A stretch of 64,000 nucleotides of DNA from Lama glama (Eukaryota): contig CM052818.1 of assembly GCA_028534125.1 (NCBI GenBank), forward strand, positions 7,194,001 to 7,258,000, written 5' to 3'. The notes below the pieces were generated by a model. It did no database searches. It was not told where the DNA came from and saw nothing but the letters and a program-made list of their open reading frames with translations. Every line of letters starts with the position of its first letter. The stretch's first letter is position 1. The position numbers were made by a program, and so were the translations under genes. This document shows, piece by piece, positions 12,845-25,532 of this stretch.

Positions 12845-14324
12845 TGATTCTGAAGAGGAAGACCTGCAGCCTCTGGCAGGTGTTATTTGACTAGTTAATT
12901 TAGGAGAAGCTCAGCTTTGTTACTAGATTAATAGGAGAGCAGCCTGGGGTGTGAACTGAAACCCCCTGATCTGCCCCTGCCCCTCCTGCTTTGTTAATTT
13001 CACTTTTTTAAAAAAAGAGCTTCCTGTCTGTGGCTGTTTGACTCCAAAGGCTCACTGAGCTGTCCGGTCACACAGTGAAGTACACGTGGCTTTAACTCTG
13101 TGTGGCGTGGAGACATACCCAGAGCTTCCTCCCCAGTTCTCTGCCTTAGCTGAGATGTCTGACGTTTCATTCACTCACTAGGTGACTGAACGGTTGCTCT
13201 GCAGGCCAAGTTCTGCTTTAACCGCTGGGCAGGAAATGCAAAATGCTACAATCGTGTGCTACAACTATGCTTCTGGGCTTAATGAGCTATTTTCTAATGG
13301 CTGTTAGCACCTCCACAGTTGTTTTATTCTACCTTAATTAATTCTAGAAATAAAACAGTAAACTCGAATCATTCATTTATTCATTCATTACCTCACTCAT
13401 TCAGGAGAGGTGAGGTCAGGCTGGCTCACCAAGTCCTCTGTACTAAAAGCCCCCAATGTTCTCCCAACTCTTTCCTGGTCTTTGGGGAAGGGAATTTCAC
13501 AGGTGATCAGCTGCTGCTACAAAGTCTCGCTCTTCCCAACACTGTTTCTGTGGACCTGATCTCAGGCTGCCTTGCTCTGGAGGCGGATGGACAATAGGAG
13601 TCTCGGCTAGAAGAGAATAGAAGGCTAGCTGCCTCCAAGGGCAATGGTCTCCTCTGGGTCAGGGAGTGGGCACAGCTCCTCCAATGCCCGGATGGAATCT
13701 TCTGGGAACCGCAAAGCCACTCTGTCCCTGGTTTTGTCAGAGGGCACCTGCACTGTTGCTGGGGAGCCCTCCTGAGCCGGGGTGACAGGCCCTGGCCTCT
13801 GCACTGACCGAGGAGCCCTGTGCTCCAGGGGGGATACCTCGCTCTGCACTGGGTCATCTCAGTAGGAGAATCCCCTGGGTCGACAGTGAGGGGTTTGGAG
13901 GCGCAGAGTTGGTCATGGAGGTTGAGAGGATGGGTGAGGGGAGGTGGTTTTTAATCCCTTCATCCTGTATTGTGAGGGGCGCATCCACACCTGGACAGCG
14001 ATCCGTGAACTTACTGTGGGAAGAAGGGTCAAGACGGGCACCAGACTCTGCGGACATCTACAGAATGGGCTGACAGGGCCTGGAGAAGGGCTGGGAATGG
14101 GAGTTCTCACCAAGTGTGGCTCCTGGGTCATAGGTCCAGGCGCAGAGGCCAGGCAGGCCCTTTTGCAGTCTGTGGCTCTGAGGCTTGGCTTCTCTCTCCA
14201 ATTTCCCTCCCAAGATGGTCACAGGGCCTCAGTGAGGGTCCTGAGTCAGAGGCTCCCTATGTGTATTCACCCACCCCTGGGGCAGAAAGGGTCTGGCTTC
14301 TCAAATCAGAAATGATTCAGAAGT

Positions 14325-14535
14325 GCCATTTATTGAGTGCCATATGCCAGGTAACATGCTAAGCTCTTTACATCACATTAGCTCAGTAAAGCCTTGTGAC
14401 CACCCACAACGTCAACACTATTATCACTCCCATTTGATACTGTGCACACTGAGGCTTAGAGAGGTTAAGGGCCTGACCCACGGTCACATAGCTAAATAGA
14501 AGTGGAGCCAGTACTTCAAAACTTGGGCTCCTCTC
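14325..14535 (-). mobile_element. MIR SINE
   Basis: catttattgagtgccatatgccagg...ctattatcactcccatt...actgaggcttagagaggttaag...ggtcacatagcta. Confidence 0.8.
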
Positions 14536-15053
14536 TACTCTGAAGGGGATCCCTCAGACCTCCAGATCTTCTTCTTCCCCAACGCCACCTCCCTCAGCCA
14601 TTTCATAGCCTAACCATGTGAGAAAGGCCTGGAAGAGGAGGGAAAACCAGTTTGAGCCTTTAGTTTGGCTTCTTGGTCAAAGGTGAGATGTAAAGAAGAT
14701 AAATGGTCAGGGACTTATCTGGAGGTTTCATTGTTCCAAGATGTGGACCCCTCCATCCCAGAAGAAAACATATTAGCAAATTTTGCTCTGAAAAGTAAAA
14801 TTTTAAGTTAAAAATAAAATGTTTTCCCTTTTGACAAAAATAAGCACGTACTCCGTAGGGCAGAGCTAGAAAATACAGAGACCCAAAAATAAAAATGTGA
14901 AATACTCACCGTTGTATTACTCAGAGGTGATGAGTGCTAAAACCTTGCATGTATTTCTGTCAATTCCTAAGTGCGCATATACACTTTTCCAAACTCTTTC
15001 TTTTTCTAACAGAGCAAAAAATGTTATCATTTTTCCATTGGAAACTGCTTTTT

Positions 15054-15248
15054 AAAAAAATTCTTTTTTTAATTGAAGTATAGTCGGTTTACAATGTTGT
15101 GTTAGTTTCTGTGTACAGTATAGTGATTCAGTTATACATATATAGATATATTCCTTTTCATATTCTTTTTCATTATAGGCTATTACAAGATATTGAATAT
15201 AGTTCCCTGTGCAATCAGTAGGACCTTGTTTATCTATTTTATATATAG
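15054..15248 (-). mobile_element. 5'-truncated cetartiodactyl-type L1 3' end with 15-bp target-site duplication
   Basis: ttaattgaagtatagtcggtttacaatgttgtgttagtttc.... The TSD tggaaactgcttttt lies at 15039-15053 and 15249-15263. Confidence 0.9.
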
Positions 15249-15594
15249 TGGAAACTGCTTTTTTTTCACTCAATAATTTATCTGAACATCTTCCCAAATA
15301 GGGACATATTTATTCATCCCCTACATCACATTCAGCAGCTGTGTGGCATTCTATGCTAGGGCTGTACCATAGTTCGTTGACCTAATCTCCTAATGTTAAA
15401 TATTTAGGAATTTTCAATTTTGGTTCCTGTCATGATCAACAGCTCTAGTTAAAATCTCAGTACATCCTTCTCTAGAATCTTGAAGTGATATCGATGAGTT
15501 GAAAGGTATGTGCATGTTGTCCAAGAGCCCTCAGGAAAGGTTATAGCCATTTATTCTCAGAAACCGAGACCACCCCTGCCCCTGCCCCAACCCA

Positions 15595-15634
15595 ACACAC
15601 ACACACACACACACCCATACACACACACACACAC
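15595..15634. repeat. (CA)n microsatellite
   Basis: Seen directly. Confidence 0.95.
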
Positions 15635-15884
15635 GTGCACATGAGTGTGCACTGTTGCTACCCCTGGAATATTCTTTAATTTTAAAAAAAGGTTGACAAT
15701 TTGATACATGAAATGCTAGCTCATTATTGTTTTATTTATCATTTCTTTAATTATTAACTGGGGTCAACAGTTTTTCATGTGCCTGTTAGCCATTTTTATT
15801 TCTTCTCTCAGTTGCCCATTCATATCCTTTGTCTATTTTTCTATTGGGTCATCTTCTTTTTAACACAGTTGTCTTCTTTGGGTG

Positions 15885-16108
15885 AGTAATTCTCAACTCT
15901 GGCGTTTTAGAATCATCCAGAAAGGAAGACTTTTTAAACAAAGAAAGAAAAGGAGGGAAGGAGGAAAGGAAGACAAAAGGAAGGAAGGAAGGAAGGAAGG
16001 AAGGGAAAAGCCTCATCCCAGAGTAAATATTTGGTGGAGCCTGGGTATCAATATTTTTTTCAAGTGTCCTTGTGCTACTAATTTGCAGCCAAGGCTGAGA
16101 ACACTTGT
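15885..16108. mobile_element. MER5-like hAT element with internal (GGAA)n tract (~15950-16005)
   Basis: agtaattctcaactctgg...ttagaatcatcc at one end and ctaatttgcagccaaggctgagaacac at the other. Confidence 0.6.
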
Positions 16109-17804
16109 TATAAATCAGATTTCTCTCACTGTCTGGCTCCAAATGCTTTCATCGCAGAATCTATTCTCATTTCTTTCACACCCAGCTTTCTCTTGTGAAA
16201 AATGGGCAGCAGAACTGGGAAGCAACACAGCACCCCCCTCCCAAATTCTATAAATCCCATTGAGGAGGCTGGAGTTTCAGGAAAGAGGGTGAGGCAGATG
16301 CTGTGGTCAGGCTCTCTGCCAGGTAAAATGGAAAAAATTAAAAATGCTCACTCAGGCAATTAGACTTTTCCTGAAGGCAACCTGAGCCCTGAGCAGAGGG
16401 GATAAAGCTGGGGCTCTTAGCAACGCATTTGCTCCTCTTCTGCACCCACCTTCAGATGCACAGCAATCTTGCCCTCTCTGGGGCTTTGAGGTTTAGAGTT
16501 CAGGTCTTATCTGAGGCATTGCATCTCCTTTCAGATGTCAACACGGGACAGGAGGATTGTGGCCAAGGAATCAGGTCCTTCAGGAGGGAACTATTCTTCT
16601 GGCACCCAGGTCAGCCCCGGGTCTGGGAAGGGATCCCCCAGCTCCACTACCTCTAGTCTTCTCCAGTTCGTGACATTCTCGAAACAAACTTGGGTACCGT
16701 GAAACTCAAAGGATGTGCCTCCTTCCCCTCACCCTAGTGCAGGCCTCGGGGGTCCCACCTGGGGGACAGGATGGGATGAAAAGGTCTTTCTGGTGATTCA
16801 GTCAGGCAGGTCCCTGGAAACCCCCAGGCTGGCTCGGTGCCACCCAGGTCGGCACAGCCCAGGCCTCGCAGAGCACAGCAAATGCCTTCCCGACAAGGCT
16901 GCGCCCGAAGGTGGTAGAACACAGTTCATCCATCGGCTTGAACCCTGGCTCACTTGGCACTGGTGTGTGAAGCTGAGCCTCAGTTTCTTCCTCTGTATAA
17001 TGGGGATAGTAATGCTGATGGTCAGGGTTGCTGAGAGGACTCAAAAAGCAGAGTGCAGCACATTGTAGACCCTCAGTATATGTCAGGGGCGCTCTGTGGC
17101 TACCCTTCCATGCCCTTTCCCTACCCTCGCCTGTCCAGCCCCAGAATCTCCATCCCCTTTCTCATCCCCACGGCCCCCACTTATTCTGTTTCTGGGTGTG
17201 GGGAGAAGGCAGCCCCCAACTACACAATCTTCGGGCCTCCAGCCTTGAGCCGGGCCCACCCCAGAAGATGCACCCTTCGCCTGCACCCAGGCTGCACCCA
17301 ACCTCCCTGCCTTCTCTCCTACCCTTCCCTTGTGAACCTCACGCTCCCCTAACGGTTCCCCACAGCCTTTGCACTTTCCTGCCCAGCCTTGATTAAAGCT
17401 GATACTATAAACCTAATTTTTATTTTGTGTCAAAGGACTTACTTTGTGTCAAGTTCCAAGCTTCATCTCCGTTACCTCATTAGTTGTTCACCAGAAGCTT
17501 TTTGTTACCCCATTTTACAGATGAGGAAAGTCAGACTAGTTCTGCATAACCTGACTAGACTCACAGGGCATTAGGGAGCGGAACCGGATTCTCAGCCACC
17601 ATGCCCTGTGTTCTGTATTATATTCACTGACTGCCTATGTGCCTGCTCCAGCGAGCTTAAATTCCAGTGGATGTCCTTTCTCTCTCCCTCCCCTGGGCTC
17701 CCACAGCCTTTTGCTCTGCTCCTTCTGCATTTATCGCCGCCTGCCGCACGTTGGTATTGTCTGGTACCTCTTTTTTTTTTTTTATCATGTTATCTATGAT
17801 AGTT

Positions 17805-17920
17805 CTTTTTTTTTAATTGAAATATAGTTGATTTACAAAGTTGTGTTAGTTTCAGGTGTACAGCAAAATGATTCAGTTATATATATGTGTGTATGTATAT
17901 ATTCTTTTTCAGATTCTTTG
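17805..17920 (-). mobile_element. Short L1 3' end
   Basis: ttaattgaaatatagttgatttacaaagttgtgttagtttcaggtgtacagc. Confidence 0.85.
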
Positions 17921-19479
17921 ACTTCTGGGTATCTCTCATCTCCTTTGACAATGAGTTCCCTCAGGACAGAAAATTTGTCTTTGTATTTTCTTCATCTTTG
18001 AGTCTAGCACAATGCTTAAAACATCGTAGGTTCTAAAATTATGTTTCTAATTCTAAATGAATATGTGTTGATTATAGAAAAAAATGAAAACAGAAAGATA
18101 AAGCAGAAAACAATGTCACTTGTGGTCCCACTACCCAGAGAAAATCATTGTTAACATTTAGGTGAATTTCTTTCTAGTCCGTGTGTGTGTGTGTAATATA
18201 GTATTTATATATAATTTTATATTATATATTTTTACTTAGAAAAAACATATGTTTTGCATAAAGTAGGTATCTTACAATACCATTTTCTATGTTGCTTTTT
18301 TACCTTATATCACGAGCAATTCTCACATCATTAGAAATTCTTTGAAAAGGCACTTTTGGTGGCTGTAGATTGTTCTCTCATGTGACCATGCCTCTCCTGT
18401 TTAAACTACTCCCATATTGTTGTGGTTCATTTATGGCCTCTCTGATTATTTCCATAGGAGAAATACCTGAAGTGAAATTGTTAGGATAAAGAGAAAGGAT
18501 ATTTCCAAGGCTCTTGACACATCACAGTTGGCTCTGAACAAACCCCTGCTTTCAAACCCTCTCCCATCCCCATCCACCCAGGTGTACCCACCCACATGTA
18601 CCCACCAACTACCTAGAAGTCCCCATCCCCTAGGATCCCCCTCTTATACCAGTTCCCCCTGCCTTTTCAAATAGTCAGAAGCAGGTGGGAGGGTCTTGGG
18701 AGATGGGACTGGAGAGACTTGGTCAACCTATTCCCAAATCTCCCCCCTCATGCCTTCGGGTTAAGGACAGTGTGGCTCAAAGTTGCTGGTTGTAAAAGGG
18801 GACTTCTAGTCGGAGACATTCCCACAAGCCACGGCCACCAGGCTAGACTTTTTCACTAGGAGAACAGTAGGGACTTGGGCCTCAGGATTAGGACACATTA
18901 CAGAGTTATGCATGTTTCTAATTTTATTGAAGGCATTATGTAAACATATTAAAGAATATTCTGGGAAAAAAGACAAAATATCATGGCTTCAACTTTTTCC
19001 ACATTTTTCTAGGTCAGAGAAATAGTCTCTTTCTATGAAATGGGAATAACCTTTACTGAACTTTTAGATCAGTATCTTCAAAAATAGCCAACACTTTCTT
19101 GAGTGGATCTTCATTTAGCCGATAAACGACATCCATAAAGCAAAGGCCCAGGGTCCTCTAGCAGAAGGCTGGATGTGGGAGCCACACCAGTTGCTGAATG
19201 CCCCTCGGAGGCTGTCGACAGTGCAATCAGAGCGCTTTTCCCGCTCTTGTAAACAATTTGGGATTTAATCTAAAGAGATGCTAAGTAGATCAATTCTTTG
19301 AGGTAATTTGTGTCAATTTCTGAGTCACTTCTGGTCATCCTCCAGGAAAGAATTTTTATTAAAGAACCCCAGTGCTGCCTGTAGGAATAAGCCTCCCCGC
19401 CTCACAGTCAATGCGCAGCAGAGGTGAATGGCTGCGCCGAACAATCCGCTCATTGAAGGATCCTAGACAGGATCGGCGT

Positions 19480-20260
19480 CCAGTTGCTCAGTCTGCCCTC
19501 CAGACCGAGCGGGACCAGGCGGTGTCCGTGCTCCAGAGCTGCGGTTCTCAAAGTTCGCGATCGTGCGGGTCCCCGGCGGGTGGGGGTGAGGGGCTGTGAA
19601 CACGGCTTGCCGGGTCCAGAGATCCCATGCTGGCCCGAGGCTGCACTTTTAAGTTCAAGTTTCCGGGGAATGCGGATGCTGCTCGTCCCAGGGCCACACT
19701 TAGAGGACGCCTGCCCGGGAGGTCGGAGGGAGAGACCCAGACGCGCCCCAGGGAGGAGGCCCGGGCTGCGACCCAGGGCGGAGGGTCGCGGACGCCGGGC
19801 CCGGGGTGGGGCGCGGGGTGGGGGGTGCTGAGAGGGAAGCGGCGACGGCCGGAACCGCGGGGCTGGAGGCAGAGGCCGCCCCGGAGGCTCAGACGCCTGG
19901 CCGGCTCGGTGGCACGGGGGTGGCGGGGGTCTCGGTGGCGGCGGGCAGATGGGAGGCCCCTCCGGCCACCCAGGATGCGGGCGACCTGGCCTCCCTCCCC
20001 GGCCCCGCGGCAGCCCCGGGGTGCTCTGAGCGGCTTCCCGGGCCTCTGCGCCCACCGCCTGGAAGGGAGACAAGGGCGCCGGGGAGCGTTCCGGGGTGGT
20101 GGTGGGGGCGGGACTGCAGCGTCCCCCCTGAATGTCCAGACTGACTGGGTGCCTCCCTCACAAACTCTTCCTCCTCCACTGCTGCCTGGCACTAGCGCTG
20201 GGCTCTCCTCCCAGCCCACGGGGAGGGAGGCCTCCACACGCACCCGCCCACCCCCACCCC
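19480..20260. promoter_or_regulatory. Intergenic CpG island (candidate promoter or enhancer)
   Basis: Very GC-rich with dense, undepleted CpGs, GC boxes (e.g. gggggcggga near 20104) and G-runs, in otherwise CpG-depleted DNA. Confidence 0.85.
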
Positions 20261-21651
20261 AGGCCACTGGCCCTACATTCTATCCCCAGAACAGCTCCTC
20301 CCAGCCATGCGGTCTTTAAACAGCTCACCTCACCTCCCTAGCCTGTTTCTCCTTGTGTAAAGCAACTGGGTTGAAGGGCGATGGTTTCTAAGCTTCCTTC
20401 CAGCTCTAGAGAGCTGGACTGTCCACCTTGACCTGTGAGTGGCAGATGGTGGGAAGGGGTCTGAGTAGGGTGCACAGGCTTGAAGACAGGAAGGGGCTGT
20501 GAGGTGGTGAAGGAAAGGAAGAGAGGAGGCAGGAGGGGGCCTCCCAGCTACCTTTGCCAGCTCAGCCCCCAGTCCTAGCCTGCAAGGGTGGGCTGGTGGA
20601 GCCCTTGGCCCGCCCATACCCCAGGGAAGGCCCCCTGGGGAGCCCCTCACTATCTGGGTGCTCGGTTTGCAGTCACTGTTTGCCAGAAGATGAGGGAAGG
20701 AACATGCAGGCTGGACTGGAAAGTCCAGCTGGGCAGAAGGCAGCCTTGACTTTACCTCACACTGGAGGCCGAAGCCTTGCTTGAACCCCAGGACCCTGGG
20801 GAGACTGGTCCAGAGACACAGCTGCCACTGGGCTGAGAGCTCCTCAGCCGAAAGTCTAGCTCTGGGGCCACATGCATGTGCTCCTGAGACCCTGCGGAAA
20901 GGACATTATTTTCAACTTAAATCCATTTTCCTATAGATTTACTCAGTAAGTTCAAAGATGCTCGTTCTTAATTTATAAGCTTGGCAGCAGCTTCCAACAC
21001 ATTAACCCAAAGGCCTTCATGTCCTCCCCAACCCACCCCAGCCCCCCTCTGCAGGAAAGGAAGCTCCCACAAAATGTCCAGATGGTTCAGAGAAGTATAT
21101 AAGACACTCTGGTTGCAAGTGGTAGAAACGCCTCTCCAACTAGCTTAAAGATATAGCTACCTCTATAATACTACAGATAGGATTTGATACGTATATTTGG
21201 CTCATAGAGTCTAAATAAATGTTAAAAACTAGTCTGAAGGACAGGGATGTTGTTGAGCCTGGAATGCAGCAGGACTCTGATGGCAGCTCCCAAGCTCAAC
21301 AACTTAAATTCTCACTGCAACTTTTCTTCAAAAATGTAGGGCAAGGGAATCCTTAGCTGACCACACAGAACATGTGAGAAAGGTCTGCCAGGGGCCCAGA
21401 CTGCTTTTCCCAGGCCCTGGAGTCGGGGGAGAGGCTCCTCTGGGCCTGAGCCTGTGCAGGGCATGAGGGCCTGCCTCCTAGCAATGGCTCCAAAATACGA
21501 AGACCTATACTGCCCAGGACTGATGGAGCCCACACCATTCTCAGGCTGGGACCCAGCAGTCAGTTTTGCCAGAGAGCAGGGACCCGCGGAGTGGGGCCAG
21601 CCTGCTGAAGGGCTGGTCATGTGGGAATTTGACCTGTTCAGCAGAAGTAGT

Positions 21652-21740
21652 CAAGGCCACTGTGTGCAGTGGTGCAGGCTGTGCACAGCAGCTCCAGTGG
21701 TGCCATTTGTGCTGTTTACTTTGAGGCGCCCCCTGGAGGC
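21652..21740. mobile_element. MER91-like hAT element carrying a CTCF motif
   Basis: tgtgcagtggtgcaggctgtgcacagcagctccagtggtgccatt...ggcgccccctggag resembles the MER91 inverted ctccagggggcgcc structure. Confidence 0.6.
21726..21740 (-). promoter_or_regulatory. Candidate CTCF binding site
   Basis: The reverse strand reads GCCTCCAGGGGGCGC, one mismatch from the core CCACCAGGGGGCGC. Confidence 0.6.
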
Positions 21741-22087
21741 ATTCCTGTTATTCAGGACACCAAGTAGTCTCGTGATCTTCAGAAACAGATCTTCGCGAGG
21801 TACCTGCACACACACGGCCTCAGGAGAGAGACGCCAGGCAGTGGTACAGTGACTTGTTTTCTCTAGGGGTCATCTGCACTCTCAAGGCGGGGTGCTTTGC
21901 ACTGGCCAGGGTGGTAAGCACAGACGGAAGCCTTGCTTCGAGCCCCACCTACACTCTGAACCACTGAGGCCCGTCTTGCAGCAGCAGGAAATGTCCCAAG
22001 AGTGGACCAAGTGCTGGGTTTTTAGTTAGAAGCCCCAGGGCTCCATGACAGAGGAGCCACATGACCTTAGTTAATGTCATTCAACCT

Positions 22088-22780
22088 AGTAGTTTCCTAG
22101 GACTGAGTAACAAATTACCACAAACAACAGAAATTTATTCTGTCATAATGCCCAAGATCAGAAATCCCTAGTCAGAGAGTCAGCAGAGTCGCGTCCCATG
22201 CCTTCGTCCTGGCTTCCACCAGTTGCTGACAATCCTTGCAACCCTCAGCTTGAAGACAACGTCACTTCAGTCTCTGCCTCCCTCTTCACATTGCCTTCTC
22301 CTCTGTGTGTCGCTTCTCCCTCTTTTAAAAAAATTGAATTAAGTTTAATTTTTTTATATGGTGGTAAAGTATGCATAACATAAATTTTACCATTTTAGGG
22401 GGAGGGTATAGCTCAAATGGTAGAGCACGTGCTTAGCATGCACCAGGTCCTAGATTCAATCCCCAGTACCTCCTCCAAAAATAAATAAACCTAATTACCA
22501 CCCCCCCAAAATAAAATGATTATATAATAAATAAATAAATAAAATTAAAAAAATTTTTTTATCATTTTTAGGTGTATAGTTCAATGGCATTAAGTACATT
22601 CACATCCCTCCCTCTTTTACAAAGACACTTGTCATTGGATTTAGAGCCCACCCTGATCCAGAATGTCTCATTTTGAGATCCTTAATTATATTTGCAAAGA
22701 CTTTATTTTTCCAAATAAGGTCACAGTCACAGGTTTCAGGAAGACATCTCTTTTGAGGAGGCTGCCAGTCAACTTAGTAT
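22088..22780 (-). mobile_element. MLT1 LTR interrupted by a short L1 3' end and a SINE
   Basis: agtttcctaggactgagtaacaaattaccacaaacaacagaaatttattct... and aagacacttgtcattggatttagagcccaccct...ccaaataaggtcacagtcacagg. Confidence 0.85.
22398..22550 (+). mobile_element. tRNA-derived SINE (vic-1-like)
   Basis: ggggagggtatagctcaaatggtagagcacgtgcttagcatgcaccaggtcctagattcaatccccagtacctcc...aaacctaattacc. Confidence 0.9.
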
Positions 22781-23564
22781 AGCCTCCAAGCCTCACTTAG
22801 CTCATCTGTGAAGTAGGAATGATCATATTTCCATCTGTACTTCCTTTGTAGGGTGGTTATGGGCTCTTTGATGCCATCTGTGCGTAGGGGTCAGTGGCAG
22901 TGGGCATGGCCTGTCTTATAGTTGTTTTGTATGTGTCCCTAATGAGCCGGGTCTCCATGTGGCCTGCACTCTGGCACCACAGGGATTCCCCACAAGAGCG
23001 AGGGCTCCCCTGCAGAACTGCAAAAAGGCACCTGGTCTAGGCCCTTAGAGGAGGTTGGGGAGGAGGGAGCTGGGCAGGCTGCCTTGTTAATCTCTCTCCA
23101 CCCATATAAGGCACTCCTCGGGGGACTCCTGTGACTTTGATGCAGAATGGGGAATGAAAGTGAGTATTAACCTAGAGACCACCTCTCCTCCAAAACTGCC
23201 TGTCCTGGCTGCGGACCCTAGAAGGAGGCAGTGCCGTGGGATCGGGGGACCTGAATTTTTGGCCCCCGGGAGGTGTCCCTCAGGCACCTGCTTCTGAGCT
23301 GAGTGGCCTTCTGGATTCTCACTGCCTCCGCCTGGCTCCTCCCCTGGTCACCCTGCCCAGGGTGACCTCTCGCGCCTCCAAATCCCCCGGACTCTTCCTT
23401 GACTCTTAGCCCTCACAGGGGGACGTGTGTAACATACAGGGGGACCTTGGGCGGGTTGTCCAGCCACAGTGTCATCACCCACAGAATGGAGATAATCATA
23501 GGAGGTACTTCAGGGCGTGGTTGTTCGGCTCAAGTGCAACAACAGAGCTTGGGGGGCAGATGCG

Positions 23565-23790
23565 TACCGGGACCTGCAGTCAGATCCTCTGGGATTAAAT
23601 CCGCTCTGCTGTGGACTTTGGGCAACTTATTTAACCTCTTTCATTTTTATCATCTGTCCAATGAGATGAGAATAATAGTACCTATTTCACAGGACTTGTA
23701 GGGAGAGGAAACGAGTTCATACATGGAAAGCACTTCGAACAGTGCCCGCCATTTACTATGCGTGAGCTAAGAGCCAGCTGTTATTGTTGT
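23565..23790 (+). mobile_element. MIR SINE
   Basis: gactttgggcaacttatttaacctc...catctgtccaatgagatgagaataatagtacctatttcacagg...aaagcacttcgaacagtgcc. Confidence 0.8.
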
Positions 23791-24844
23791 TGTTGTTATA
23801 GAGCTTAGCACCGCACTGTACATATAGGAAGCCCTCAAGAAATAAGAAAGAAACAAACCCAAACAACCCACCCTGCTTTCTCCCATCAGGCCGTCTCTCC
23901 CCAACTAGCCTGAGCTCCTGGGTGGGATGGGGGATATGGTGGAGTTTGACGCAACCTTGTCAAGTCACATATCTGAGAAGCTACCTGGTGCTGTCTCTGT
24001 CTTTCTTACCTTTTTTCTTTTCTTTTCTTGTTGGTGGCCGTGGCAGGGGAGGCAGTGTCATAAACTCTGTCCAGAAACTTATGAAATCTACAAACCCTTT
24101 CCCCAGGAAGGTGCTCAGAAGCAGACATTCACAGTATGTTGCACAGAGTTTCAGAGGATCCCTGGACCCTCTGAGGGTTGGGGGAGAAGCCCCTCTTTAG
24201 GTGACACCCCCTCCCATGTCTCATTTGTTGGTTTTACTCCAAAAAAACAAAAGCCAGTCCCCCTCCTTCACCCTTCAGTGCACGGCACCCCGGCTTCCAG
24301 CCCAGCTCCCATGGCCCCTGGCTCAGCGCCCACTCCAAGCCACAAACCTTGGCTAGGAGTTGAATCCAGCACCTGTTCAGCATTTAAGGGCTAAAAAAGA
24401 AAACGGAAAAAAAAAGCAGACTCAACTTAAAAAAAATCAGACAGAAGGAGTCATCCTCCAAGCCAAACGCCATAATTCACAGGGCTCTTATTTGCTGAGT
24501 GGGACGAAATGTTATTTATGGCCAAAAGGCCCTGGCCTCACTGGCATCCAGGAGTTGCCCAAACTCTGGCAGCAGGGAGGAGAGGGCTGGGGTGACCCAG
24601 GGCCGTGGAGGTCAGATGCCTGGCAGAGGGAGATTTTATTATTACTGTTTGTGGATGATGTGATTTCCCACCCCCAACTTAATGTTAAATGTAATTTTGG
24701 AATTTTAGTACAGGTTCCTGGGACGATGATAACCTCAAACAGCATCTGTTTACTTGAGGTCAATTATGTGCTTGGAATTGGGCTAATTTGTTGTGAGGCT
24801 CATTCATTCATTCACCCACTCATTCAAGGTTTATTAGGTGTCTT

Positions 24845-25532
24845 TTGTTTTATTGAAGTATAGTTGATTTACAATGTTGTGTTAGTTTCTGGTGTACAGC
24901 ATAGTGATTCAGTTATACATATATATATTCTTTTTCATATCCTTTATCTTTAAAGGTTATTACAAGATATTGAATATACAGTAAGAACTTGTTGTTTTTC
25001 TGTTTTATATATAGTAGTGTGTCTGCTAATCCCAGACTCCTAATTTATCCCTTCCTGGCTTTCTTCTGTGGTAACCATAAATTTGTTTTGTCTGTGAGTC
25101 TGTTTCTGCTTTGTAAATGAGTTCATTTTTGTCTTTTTTTTTTAGATTCCACATATAAGTGATATCATATGATATTTGTCTTTCTCTTTCTGACTTCCTT
25201 CACTTAGTATGATCATCTCTAGGTCCATCTATGTTGCTGCAGATGGCATTATTTTATTCCTTTTTATGGCTGAGTAGTATTCCATTGTGTATATAAACAC
25301 CACAACTTCTTTATCTAGTCATCTGTTGTTGGACATTTAGGTTGCTTCCACGTCTTGGCTACTGTAACTAGTGCTGCTATGAACATTGGGATACATGTAT
25401 CTTTTCGAATTAGAGTTTTCTCTGGATATATCCCCGGGAGTGGGATTGCTGGATCATATGGTAAGTCTGTTTAAAGTTTTTTGAGGAACCTCCATACTGT
25501 TTTTCATAGTGGCTGCACCAAACTACACTCCC
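24845..25532 (-). mobile_element. Cetartiodactyl-type L1 3' end (~0.7 kb)
   Basis: tattgaagtatagttgatttacaatgttgtgttagtttctggtgtacagc...ttagattccacatataagtgatatc...ggaacctccatactgtttttcatagtggctgcacc. Confidence 0.9.

Noticed and set aside
19372..20319. Overlapping 200-240 aa ORFs on both strands
   Set aside because: Low-complexity Pro/Arg/Gly translations expected from stop-codon depletion in a CpG island. No homology recognised.
22398..22475. SINE heads as tRNA genes (also the other copies)
   Set aside because: They have A/B boxes, but also SINE tails, TSDs and divergent stems, so they are retroposons rather than tRNAs.
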